This document shows, piece by piece, positions 53,701 through 64,000 of a DNA stretch of 64,000 nt (position 1 is its first letter; each line of letters begins with the position of its first letter). The notes below the pieces were generated by a model. It saw only the letters and a list, made by a program, of their open reading frames with translations, was not told where the DNA came from and searched no databases. The stretch spans positions 68,634,001-68,698,000 of the forward strand of contig NC_135804.1 of NCBI RefSeq assembly GCF_964213995.1, in the 5' to 3' direction. A program made the translations under genes and the position numbers. This DNA is from Mustelus asterias (Eukaryota).

Positions 53701-56700
53701 ACAAAGCCGCAGAAAGGGCAGTCTTCGGAGCCCGTGAACCAGTGAATTCTACGGTTGTGCGGAACTGCTGCATGCATCACCCTCCACCCCAGGTCCCCGA
53801 CGTAATTGGGGGATATCCCTTTCTAGAGGGACCTCCAGCGGGGATTTGGCGAGGTTGCCCTTTTTTAAGGTCAAACCAAATAAACAAACTCAGGTTAAGT
53901 CAGGACAAAGTGAAAGGGGCAGCTCCCCAAAAAGGAGGGGGAACAGCCAGAACAGAGATCAAAGTACAAAGGAAACTTAAAAACATTAAATTCAAATGTG
54001 ATTATTCGGGTCAATAAGGCACCACAAACCCCTACGGTGCCCAGCGGGCGCGGAAAGCGTCAACCGCGCCCGTGGACACCGCATGCTCCCTCTCCAGGGA
54101 CCCCTGGCCGTGAATGTAGCCGCGGGAGAGGGGCAGGCAGTCAGGATGGACGGCCCGCTCGATCGCCCGCTGCCTGGACCGGTAAATGGCGCATTTCGCC
54201 AGGCCCAGGAGCAGGTTCACGACGAGGTCGCCATCCCGACCCTCCCCTCTCCGCACCGGGTGTCCGGAGATCAGGAGCGTGGGACTGAAGTGCAGACAAA
54301 AGATCAATAAAAGGTTCTTCAGGAAAACTTAAAGGGAGTGCAGCCTAAGACACACAACATAGACATGGTCCACGGACTCCACAAAGCCGCAGAAAGGGCA
54401 GTCTTCGGAGCCCGTGAACCAGTGAATCCTACGGTTCTGCGGAACTGCTGCATGCATCAACCTCCACCCCAGGTCCCCGACGTAATTGGGGGAGATCCCT
54501 CCGTAGAGAGACCTCCAGCGGGGATTTGGCGAGGTTGCCCTCTTTTTAGGTCAAACCAAATAAACAAACTCAAATTAAATCAGGCCAAAGTAAAAGGGGC
54601 AGCTCCCCAAAAAGGAGGGGGAACAGCCCGAACAGAAATCAAAGTACAAAGGAAACTTAAAAACATCAAATTAAAATGTGATTATTAGGGCCAATAATGC
54701 ACCCCAACCCCTGCGGTGCCCAGCGGGCACGGAAGGCATCAACCCCGCCCGTGGACACGGCATGCTCCCTCTCCAGGGACACCTGGCCGCGAACGTAGCC
54801 GCGGTAGAGGGGCAGACAGTCAGGATGGCCGGCCCGCTCAACCGCCCACTGCTTGGACCGGTAAATGGCGCGTTTCGCCAGACCCAGGGGCAGGTTCACA
54901 AGGAGGTCGCCATCCCGACCCTCCCCTGTCCGCACCGGGTGTCCATAGATCAGGAGCGTGGGACTGAAATGCAGACAAAACATCAATAAAAGTTTCTTCA
55001 GGAAAACATAAAGGGAGTGCAGCCTAAGACACACAACATAGACATGTTCCACGGACTCGAGAAGGCCACAGACAGGGAAGTCTTCGGAGCCCGTGAACCA
55101 GTGAATCCTATGGTTGCGCGGAACTGCTGCATACATCACCCTCCACCCCAGGTCCCCGATGTAGAGGGACCTCCAGCGGGGATTTGGCGATGTTGCCCTC
55201 TTTTTAGGTCAAACCAAATAAACAAACTCAGATTAAGTCAGGACAAAGTAAAAGGGGCAGCTCCCCAAAAAGGAGGGGTAACAGCTCGAACAGAAATCAA
55301 AGTGCAAAGGAAACTTAAAAACATCAAATTAAAATGTGATTATTAGGGTCAATAATGCACCCCAACCCGTGCGGTGCCAAGCGGGCGCGCAAGGCGTCAA
55401 CCGCGCCCGTGGACACCGCATGCTCCCTCTCCAGGGACACCTGGCCGACAACGTAGCCGCGGTAGAGGGGAAGACAGTCAGGATGGATGGCCCGCTCGAC
55501 CGCCCGCTGCCTGGACCGGTAAATGGCGCGTTTTGCCATGCCCAGGAGCAGGTTCACGAGGAGGTCGCCATCCCGACCCACCCCTCTCCGCACCGGGTGT
55601 CCGGAGATCAGGAGCGTGGGACATGAAGTGCAGACAAAACATCAATAAAAGGTTCTTCAGGAAAACATAAAGGGAGTGCAGCCTAAGACACACAAAATAG
55701 ACATGGTCCACGGACTCCACAAGGCCGCAGAAAGGGCAGTCTTCAGAGCCCGTGAACCAGTGAATCCTACGGTTGTGCGGAATTGCTGCATACATCACCC
55801 TGCACCCCAGGCCCCCGACGTAATAGGGGGAGATGCCCCCGTAGATGGACCTCCAGCGGGGACTTGGCGAGGTTGCCCTCTTTTTAGGTCAAACCAAATA
55901 AACAAACTCAGATTAGATCAGGACAAAGTAAAAGGGGCAGCTCCCCAAAAAGGAGGGGGGACAGCCCGAACAGAAATCAAAGTACAAAGGAAACTTAGAA
56001 ATATCAAATTAAAATGTGATTATTAGGGTCAATAATGCACCCCAACCCCTGCGGTGCCCAGCGGGCGCGGAAGGCATCAACCACGCCCGTGGACACCGCA
56101 TGCTCCCTCTCCAGGGACATCTGGCCGTGACCGTAGCCGCGGTTGAGGGGAAGACAGTCAGGATGGACGGCCCCCTCGATCGCCCGCTGCCTGGACCGGT
56201 AAATGGCGCATCTCGGCAGGCCCAGGAGCAGGTTCACGAGGAGGTCGCCATCCCGACCCTCCCCTCTCCGCACCGGGTGTCCGTAGATCAGGAGCGTGGG
56301 ACTGAAGTGCAGACAAAACATCAATAAAAGGTTCTTCAGGAAAACATAAAGGGAGTGCAGCCTACGACACACAACATAGACATGGTCCACGGACTCCACA
56401 AGTCCGCAGAAAGGGCAGTCTTCGGAGCCCGTGAACCAGTGAATCCTACGGTTGTGCGGAACTGCTGCATGCATCACCCTCCACCCCAGGTCCCCGACGT
56501 AATTGGGGGAGATCCCTCCGTAGAGGGACATCCAGCGGGGTTTTGGCGAGGTTGCCCTCTTTTTAGGTCAAACCAAATAAACAAACTCAGATTAAATCAG
56601 GATAAAGTAAAAGGGTCAGCTCCCCAAAAAGGAGGGGGAACAGCCCGAACAGAAATCAAAGTACAAAGGAAACTTAAAAACATCAAATTAAAATGTGATT

Positions 56701-58591
56701 ATTAGGGTCAATAATGCTCCCCTACCCCTGCGGTGCCCAGCGGGCGCGGAAGGCGTCAACCACGCCCGTGGACACCGCATGCTCCCTCTCCAGGGACATC
56801 TGGCCGCGACCGTAGCCGCGGTTGAGGGGAAGACAGTCAGGATGGACGGCCCCCTCGATCGCCCGCTGCCTGGACCGGTAAATGGCGCATCTCGGCAGGC
56901 CCAGGAGCAGGTTCACGAGGAGGTCGCCATCCCGACCCTCCCCTCTCCGCACCGGGTGTCCGTAGATCAGGAGCGTGGGACTGAAGTGCAGACAAAACAT
57001 CAATAAAAGGTTCTTTAGGAAAACATAAAGGGAGTGCAGCCTACGACACACAACATAGACATGGTCCACGGACTCCACAAGTCCGCAGAAAGGACAGTCT
57101 TCGGAGCCCGTGAACCTGTGAATCCTACGGTTGTGCGGAACTGCTGCATGCATCACCCTCCACCGCAGGTCCCCGACGTAATTGGGGGAGATCCCTCCGT
57201 AGAGGGCCATCCAGCGGGGTTTTGGCGAGGTTGCCCTCTTTTCAGGTCAAACCAAATAAACAAACTCAGATAAAATCAGGATAAAGTAAAAGGGTCAGCT
57301 CCCCAAAAAGGAGGGGGGACAGCCCGAACAGAAATCAAAGTGCAAAGGAAACTTAAAAACATCAAATTAAAATGTGATTATTAGGGTCAATAATGCACCC
57401 CTACCCCTGCGGTGCCCAGCGGGCGCAGAAGGCATCAACCGCGCCCGTGGACACCGCATGCTTCCTCTCCAGGGACACCTGGCCGCGAACGTAGCCGCGG
57501 TAGAGGGTCAGACAGTCAGGATGGATGGCCCCCTCGATCGCCCGCTGCCTGGACCGGTAAATGGCGCGTTTCGCCAGGCCCAGGAGCAGGTTCACGAGGA
57601 GGTCGCCATCCCGACCCTTCCCTCTCCGCACGGGTGTCCGTAGATCAGGAGCGTGGGACTGAAGTGCAGACAAAACATCAATAAAAGGTTCTTCAGGAAA
57701 ACATAAAGGGAGTGCAGCCTAAGACACACAACATAGACATGGTCCACGGACTCCACAAGGCCGCAGAAAGGGCTGTCTTCGGAGCCCGTGAACCAGTGAA
57801 TCCTACGGTTGTGCGGAACTGCTGCATGCATCACCCTCCACCCCAGCTCCCCGACGTAATTTGGGGAGATCTCTCCGTAGAGGGACCTCCAGCGGGGATT
57901 TGGCAAAGTTGCCCTCTTTTTAGGTCAAACCAAATAAACAAACTCAGATAAAATCAGGACAAAGTAAAAGGGGCAGCTCCCCAAAAAGGAGGGGGAATAG
58001 CCCGAACAGAAATCAAAGTACAAAGGAAACTTAAAAACATCAAATTAAAATGTGATTATTAGGGTCAATAATGCGCCCCAACCCCTGCGGTGCCCAGCGG
58101 GCGCGGAAGGCGTCAACCGCGCCCGTGGACACCGCATGCTCCCTCTCCAGGGACACCTGGCCGCGAACGTAGCCGCGGTAGAGGGGAAGAAAGTCAGGAT
58201 GAACGGCCCCCTCGATCTCCCGCTGCCTGGACCGGTATATGGCGCATTTCGCCAGGCCCAGGAGCAGGTTCACGAGGAGGTCGCCATCCCGACCCTCCCC
58301 TCTCCGCACCGGGTGTCCGGAGATCAGGAGCGTGGGACTGAAGTGCAGACAAAACATCAATAAAAGGTTCTTCAGGAAAACATAAAGGGAGTGCAGCCTC
58401 AGCCACACAACATAAACATGTTCCACGGACTCCACAAGGCCCCAGAAAGGGCAGTCTTCGGAGCCCGTGAACCATTGAATCCTCCGGTTGTGCGGAACTG
58501 CTGCATGCATCACCCTCCACCCCAGGTCCCCGACGTAATTGGGGGAGATCCCTCCGTCGAGGGACCTCCAGCGGGGATTTGGCGAGGTTGC
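47738..58591 (-). repeat. Tandem array: 16 x ~679-bp units, each the 3' end of a Tx1/L1-clade retrotransposon (zinc-knuckle ORF2 C-terminus + 3' UTR) plus a 15-bp spacer
   Basis: Frame ends (..NNHILI*) recur at 47880, 48559, ~49238, 49913, ~50592, 51271, 51949, 52628, ~53307, ~53986, 54666, 55324, 56004, ~56683, ~57362 and 58040. Protein PRWRSLY..DLGWRVMHAAVP..CPFCG..ESVDH...C.RL matches the Tx1-type zf-RVT region. Confidence 0.93.
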
Positions 58592-59240
58592 AACAAGGTC
58601 AACAGCTGAGTCGTTCTGACTGAATCCAAACTGAGTGTCAATGAGCAGGTTATTGCGAAGCAAGTGCGACTTGATAACACTGTTGATGTCCCCTTTCATC
58701 ACTTTGTTGATGATCAAGAACAGGCTAATGGGCTGGTAATTGGCTGGGTTAGATTTGTCCTTTTTTTCTGTACAGGACATATTTGGGTAATTTTCCATGC
58801 TATCGGGTGAATGTCAGTGTTGTGTCTTTACAGGAACAGCTTGGCTCGGGGCGCGGCAAGTTCTGGAGAACAAGTCCTCGGTACTATTGACGGAATATTG
58901 TCAGGGTCCAAAGCTTTTGCAGTATCCAGTGCCTTCGGTCGTTTCTTGATTTCAGATTAACTGGATAACACACAGCACTTCTGACTGAAGATTCGTGCAA
59001 ATACCTCAGCCTTAACACAGCGCTGATGTGCTGAGCTCCTCCATTATTGAGGATCGTGAAATTTGTGGAGCTTCCACCTCCAGTGAGTTGTTTAATTGGC
59101 CACCAACTTTCATGGCTGGATGTGGCAGGACTGCAGAGTTTAGATCGGACCAGTGGGTTGTGGAATTGCTCAGCTCTATTATTCCTTACGCTATTTGCCA
59201 CGCAGCTCGACTTGCGTTGTAGTTTCACCAAGTTGGAACC
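58592..59240 (-). mobile_element. Decayed CR1/L2-group LINE, apparent host of the array
   Basis: KKDKSNPANYQPISL...LIDTQFGFSQNDSAVDL; same type as the LINE at 8880-10025. Confidence 0.8.
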
Positions 59241-59506
59241 CCACTGCGGAGCTGCCTGTTTTTTGTGTGGCGGAAGTACCTTCAAGAGCGCAGATGTGTT
59301 AGGTTTAGTTGGACAAATAAACAGCAATCAGATTCCGGATAGATTGGAAACAGTGGGTGGAACTTCCGCCCTAAGATCACCCTGAACCAAACCTGGAAAT
59401 CCATTGACCGGTTGTTTCACCACCCCAGACCTTTCATAAAGCCTTTAGAAATTTTCACCAGCAATATTTTACAGCCCAGATACTAATAGTTGGGAGAGGG
59501 AATGTG

Positions 59507-59669
59507 GTAAGAAGTTTAACAACACCAGGTTAAAGTCCAACAGGTTTATTTGGTAGCAAAAGTGTGGCTTTTGCTACCAAATAAACCTGTTGGACTTTAA
59601 CCTGGTGTTGTTAAACTTCTTACTGTGTTTACCCCAGTCCAACGCCGGCATCTCCACATCATGACTACC
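59507..59669. mobile_element. PLE family A palindromic mini-insertion
   Basis: 12-bp TSD AGAGGGAATGTG at 59495-59506 and 59670-59681; ~55-bp perfect inverted arms. Confidence 0.9.
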
Positions 59670-60307
59670 AGAGGGAATGTGAACAGACGTGATCGGAACA
59701 GAATCATTTGGAGCAGATTTATCTTAACATACCATCTTACTCATCGTTTTTCTGTCCCCTGAGTGGCAATGGGACCCCCTCCCCGCTGCCCACCAACCCC
59801 GACCATTCCTTTCTTTCTCTCTCCTATTCTTCTGCCTCACTGACTAATCAATGACTCTCTTCAATGTGCGAGCCAGTGACGTCCATGGGGATAAAGGCCA
59901 ATCAGTGGGGTTTCGCTTTAATATAAAATGACTGTCCTGCTGAAAAGGTTCCATCGCATTAAGGTTTACATGGTTTATCGGACAACAAATTTAAACACAC
60001 GACACAGCACCTCGCCACATTGCAACTCAGATTGGATAATCTACAAACGAATATTTCCAAACGATCAGAGCCGCGGTCCACCGTCCGATCAACAGCCATT
60101 TCACAATGTTTGTGAGTCAGTGCACATGGGCATTGCGGATTATTTACGAAGGTATTGCACATTCCAGTTGGGTCTGGGTCTATTGTTCATTTTGTTTCTT
60201 CGAACCAGTCTTATTGCGTCCTGCCTGCCTGTGACTGTGTCTCTCGACTTGTCTGCGGTTAAAGTAATTTATTTATATGTAATAACTACATTTTTAATAT
60301 TTTATAG

Positions 60308-60613
60308 TTCCTTCCACCTCAGTGTCGCAATCACCTGAAAGCATCATTCTAATGGCAGGTTCAGACATTACATTCCACTGTACAGCGAACTCCGTCTACA
60401 ATTACTCAGATGTTTATTGGTGGAAACTTGGCGACGAAACCTTATTACAACCGAATTCTGATGGCAGAAAGCGATTCTTTCCTTTTGAAAACGGAGCGAC
60501 TTCCTTCCAGATCCTGAATGTCCGTGTCCCCGACTCCGGATCCTATTACTGCGGAGTGCGAGACACAGGCAACAGGGTCCTGAATGGAACCGAATCCAAA
60601 CTTGCTGTGCACC
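60308..60613 (+). CDS. Gene 2 exon: Ig V-set domain, germline-joined VJ type
   Basis: TTTATAG acceptor, phase 1; SVSQSPE...ITFHC...VYWWK...FQILNVRVPDSGSYYC...NGTESKLAVH; donor C|GTAAGC. Confidence 0.9.
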
Positions 60614-60847
60614 GTAAGCGACTTTGGAGTGAGATGCGACTTCTGCAATTTCAGGAAGACCAATTCCAAAATAACAAAGCGAGGTGAGCGGGCAGCTCAT
60701 GAGGCATATTTTCAAATATTGTTAATAGTGAACGTCGTGTTCGTTTACATGTGAACATTTACACGTCAGGTTTAGCTGAAGTGCTTTAATAATATTGAAT
60801 GGCGTGGAAACTAACATAAATTTATTTGATCATTGGGTCATTTTTTT

Positions 60848-60980
60848 TATTCATGGGACATGGTCGTCGTTGGCTGGCCAACATTTATTGCCCATCCCTA
60901 GTTGCCCCTGAGAAGGTGATGGTGAACTACCTTCATGAATCGCTGCAGTCTACGTGCTGTGGGTTGATCCACAATGCCGT
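60848..60980 (-). mobile_element. 3' tail of the 8880-10025 LINE family
   Basis: Reverse complement of 9900-10020. Confidence 0.75.
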
Positions 60981-61390
60981 TTGACCCAATACCCATTGTA
61001 TTGCTTTATTTAAGATAACGAGAGTGATATTTAAATTCAGATTTCTTGTTATATCACGGTTATCACCCATTAAGATGTGGGTTATTATTCACGAATATAA
61101 ATAATAAATACTTCTGGGCTTCACGATCGAAAAGGGATCTGAAGCCGAAGTGCAGGCTGTAGTAGTAACATATAATGCTAAGTGACTGTCCACAAAGATG
61201 GACAACACATGAGTTTGTACAACCTATGGCATGGCTATACCTTGCATACTGCGTACAATGAAATCACCGACCTTCAGTCAGGCTACACAATTACTGTCGG
61301 CGGCGGAACAACTGGAAACTAACCGAACTGGAGCATCCTTCAGACATTTGGGGAACCGGCCTTATTTGCTTTGCAGCAGGGAAACGAAAA

Positions 61391-61691
61391 GCGGCACGGG
61401 AGCACAGTGGTTAGCACTGCTGCTTCACAGCTCTAGGGTCCCGGGTTCGATTCCCGGCTCGGGTCACTGTCTGTGTGGAGTTTGCACATTCTCCTCGTGT
61501 CTGCGTGGGTTTCCTCCGGGTGCTCCGGTTTCCTCCCATAGTCCAAAGATGTGCGGTTTAGGTTGATTGGCCAGGTTAAAAATTGCTCCTGGGATGCGTA
61601 GGTTAGCGGGTGAACATGTGGGGTGGGATTGTGGTCGGTGCAGACTCGATGGGCTGAATGGCCTCCTTCTGCACTGTAGGGATTCTATTCT
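61391..61691 (+). mobile_element. HE1-type SINE, near full length
   Basis: GCGGCACGG..CAGTGGTTAGCACTGCTGC..GGTTCGATTCCCGG..TGTGTGGAGTTTGCACATTCTC. Confidence 0.93.
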
Positions 61692-61779
61692 AAAGCACAT
61701 TGTAGATTTTATTTCTTCAGGTTATGAATAGAGTACATAATCCGAGAAAGATGGGCACAAAAACGACAAATAATAGTTA

Positions 61780-62007
61780 AAAGCAAATTACTGCGGCTGC
61801 TGGAATCTGAAACCAGAAGAGAAAATGCTGGAAAATCTCAGCCGGTCTGGCAGCATCTGTGAGGAGAGAAAAAAGCTGACGTTTCGAATCCAGATGACCC
61901 TTTGTCAAAGTTGATTAAGGGTCATCTGGACTCGAAATGTCAGCACTTTTCTCCCCTTGCAGATGCTGCCAGACCTGCTGAGATTTTCCAGCATTTTCTC
62001 TTTTTGG
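61780..62007. mobile_element. PLE family B palindromic insertion in gene 2 intron
   Basis: Inverted arms centred ~61910; TSD CAAATAAT(A/G)GTTA at 61767-61779 and 62008-62020. Confidence 0.85.
61874..61912 (-). ncRNA. Hammerhead ribozyme variant with U3-A8 core
   Basis: Reverse complement reads AACU-UUGACAA-A-GGGUC(AUCUG)GAUUC-GAAA-CG-UC-AGCU. Confidence 0.65.
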
Positions 62008-63755
62008 CAAATAATGGTTAGTGGCTAACATTTCACTGAAACAGAGATACTGAAATAGAGAAAATGATGAAAGTGAGAAAAAGACTATTCAATGGAGGTA
62101 GATTATGTGGATAATAGTAATTAAATCGATATTTGACGGACTGAGTGATGGGGACGTACTCTATTTTGGGTATGTTTAGCTGAACTGCTGTATAATCTCC
62201 GATTCTAAATGTTACTTGCAATTATTTCTGCACTTGTGACAAGGAAAGCAATTCGCGCTAATTTCATTAGAAAGTAATGCACAGAAACAGGCCGTTCGTC
62301 CCATCATCCCACTGCCGGCTCTTAGTAACAGCTATCCGCCCACTTGTTATTTCCAAACGACTGCACACATTTTCCTTCTTAATTATATCCACCTCCATTT
62401 TGAAAGTTAGCTTTCCAACACCCAATTAGGCAGGGCATTCCAGATCATCATAATAAGCCGCCGAAATTATGATTACAACAAATGTAATGCATGTAAAGTA
62501 AATTAAGGTATTTGCTTCTCATAGGTTTTACACTTGCAGAGATTGAACTGGCTATGACGGGAAAGAATGACAGAGACGGTGGACTAAACCCAGAAACATG
62601 AGGTTAATTGTGGTTATCAATTATGTACAAAAAAATCTCCTCGTCCTGTTTTTCTCGCCAATTATTTTATTCCCCTTTTGACACCAAAATTTTTGCTTTC
62701 ATTAATTCGAGCAAAGCCTCTCAGCAGTTTGGGCAGCTCGAGAAAAGCTCTCAACAACCTGTTCTGTTACAAGGATAACAATGCCAGTTTATTTAGCCTC
62801 ACCCCAAAACCGAAGTCCATGAACCTTAGTATTATTCTGGAAAAATCCCTCTGAACCCCAATTAAACCTCACATTTTTCACAAAGCATGATGTCCGGAAT
62901 TGGAATAACAATCCAACTGATGACGAACCAGTATTCATAAAGGCTTGCAGTAATAATATAGTTTTTAAAACTCTAGGCCTACATTGAAAACACCTATGTA
63001 TTTTGCTACCGTCAGAATGCATGGTAGCCTAAACCTATAAATGATTTGCATGTTAAATCTGTTGGAATCATATCACTTTTAATTTAGCAAATTAAATGGG
63101 AAACTGTTGTGCAGCATTCATACACTAAATACTGGAAGGTGTGATTTGTCAGGATGGAAGAGGCTGCATTATTCAGCTATTTCCCCCATTCAGCTGCACG
63201 GATGAACAGCTTAAATCTCACTTCCTGCCATTCACTCGAATCATTCTTTTCGGCAAATTGGTCTTTCTTTTGGGCGAAAACATTTTTTTTCTATCCTGAC
63301 AATATTCTGGGATCAATCTATCGGCTACTTGGACGTTATTTTCTCCGCATTTATTACAGTTCTTCAAGTGAACGATCACCTGAATACATTTTGTCTATTT
63401 ATTTAACACTACCTAATAACACAACTGACTAATAACATCATGTATCCTGTGTAAATAGAGCTCCTGCGCAAAGAGTTAACGACCTGAATATCCTGCCTCA
63501 ATGAAATATTTTCTGTTGTCACTGCATATATGCTTTGCTGGATCAACCATTATTCTAGCGCGTAATTGGATAATTGAATTAGTATTGGAAAGTAACTAAA
63601 GATTGAATTGTAACATTGCAAATTCTAACAGTGATTTATTTTACTGACTACGACTCCGAGTGTCGTGATTAGATGCAGCCAGGAATACTGAACGTCAAAC
63701 GAGATTAAGGTATATAAATCCAAACAATCAATGCTTTCATTTCACTGTTCCACAG

Positions 63756-64000
63756 CTTCCCCAGAACCCATGAGACTGATCTCCAAAGTGTCCCGTCCCA
63801 ACTCATCTACGCTAACACTTGTGTGTGAAACGTCTGTGTTCTACTCAGAATCTCTCAGCTTCACTTGGTACAAAAACGACAGCAACATTGTGACTGGGAT
63901 CAGCACCATTCAAACAGTCAATTCGGAGGGAATGTATTTAGCTTCCAGCAGTTTGAAAACGGCAGATCCAGCCCATAACGGTATTGTATATGCCTGGATG
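63756..64000 (+). CDS. Gene 2 exon: Ig C1-set domain (runs off the window)
   Basis: TTCCACAG acceptor, phase 1; SPEPMRLISK...LTLVCETSVFYSESLSFTWYKND...EGMYLASSSL...VYAWM; paralogous to 32387-32698; absent from the ORF track. Confidence 0.85.

Noticed and set aside
47738-58591. CRISPR-like or prokaryotic repeat-spacer system
   Set aside because: The 664-bp segments between the 15-mers are homologous to each other and encode a retrotransposon C-terminus; no cas genes; vertebrate context
47892-58609. Recurring plus-strand ORFs (MIIRVNNAPQ..., MQPKTHNIDM..., MPSGR...)
   Set aside because: Antisense shadows of a GC-rich coding strand, mostly with non-ATG starts; repeated only because the unit is repeated
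58040-58798. 252-aa ORF as a novel fusion protein
   Set aside because: In-frame junction of a decayed LINE RT fragment with the last array unit; one-in-three chance and no sign of a gene structure
61391-61465. tRNA genes at SINE heads
   Set aside because: A/B boxes are present but continue straight into the HE1 core and LINE-like tail; no full cloverleaf

Overview
Eukaryotic DNA, almost certainly from a cartilaginous fish (shark). Evidence: many HE1-type tRNA-derived SINEs, CR1/HER1-like LINEs, Deu-domain SINEs and Penelope-like elements (PLEs). Most entries in the ORF track are repeat fragments or antisense shadows. Three things stand out. (1) Two tandem, spliced, plus-strand Ig-superfamily genes, each with a germline-joined VJ-type V exon followed by a C1-type exon. 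Gene 1 (30.7-33.7 kb) also has a TM exon with an NKp30-like Arg; gene 2 (60.3 kb onward) runs off the window. This is an antigen-receptor-like architecture with no rearrangement signals that I could find. (2) About ten short, often palindromic PLE insertions from two families, most with 10-13 bp target-site duplications (TSDs). They carry minimal hammerhead ribozymes with covarying helices and a C3-G8 to U3-A8 core swap, and several copies begin at the predicted cleavage site. (3) A 10.85-kb array of 16 units of ~679 bp. Each unit is the 3' end of a Tx1/L1-type retrotransposon plus a 15-bp spacer that looks like the original TSD, and the array has higher-order structure. A separate cluster at 23.6-24.3 kb shows the same family inserting repeatedly at one site. 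The rest is nested CR1, L2/CR1-group and Rex-Babar LINEs and a decayed Gypsy LTR element. All calls were made by eye; repeat boundaries are approximate unless a TSD or splice site is quoted.
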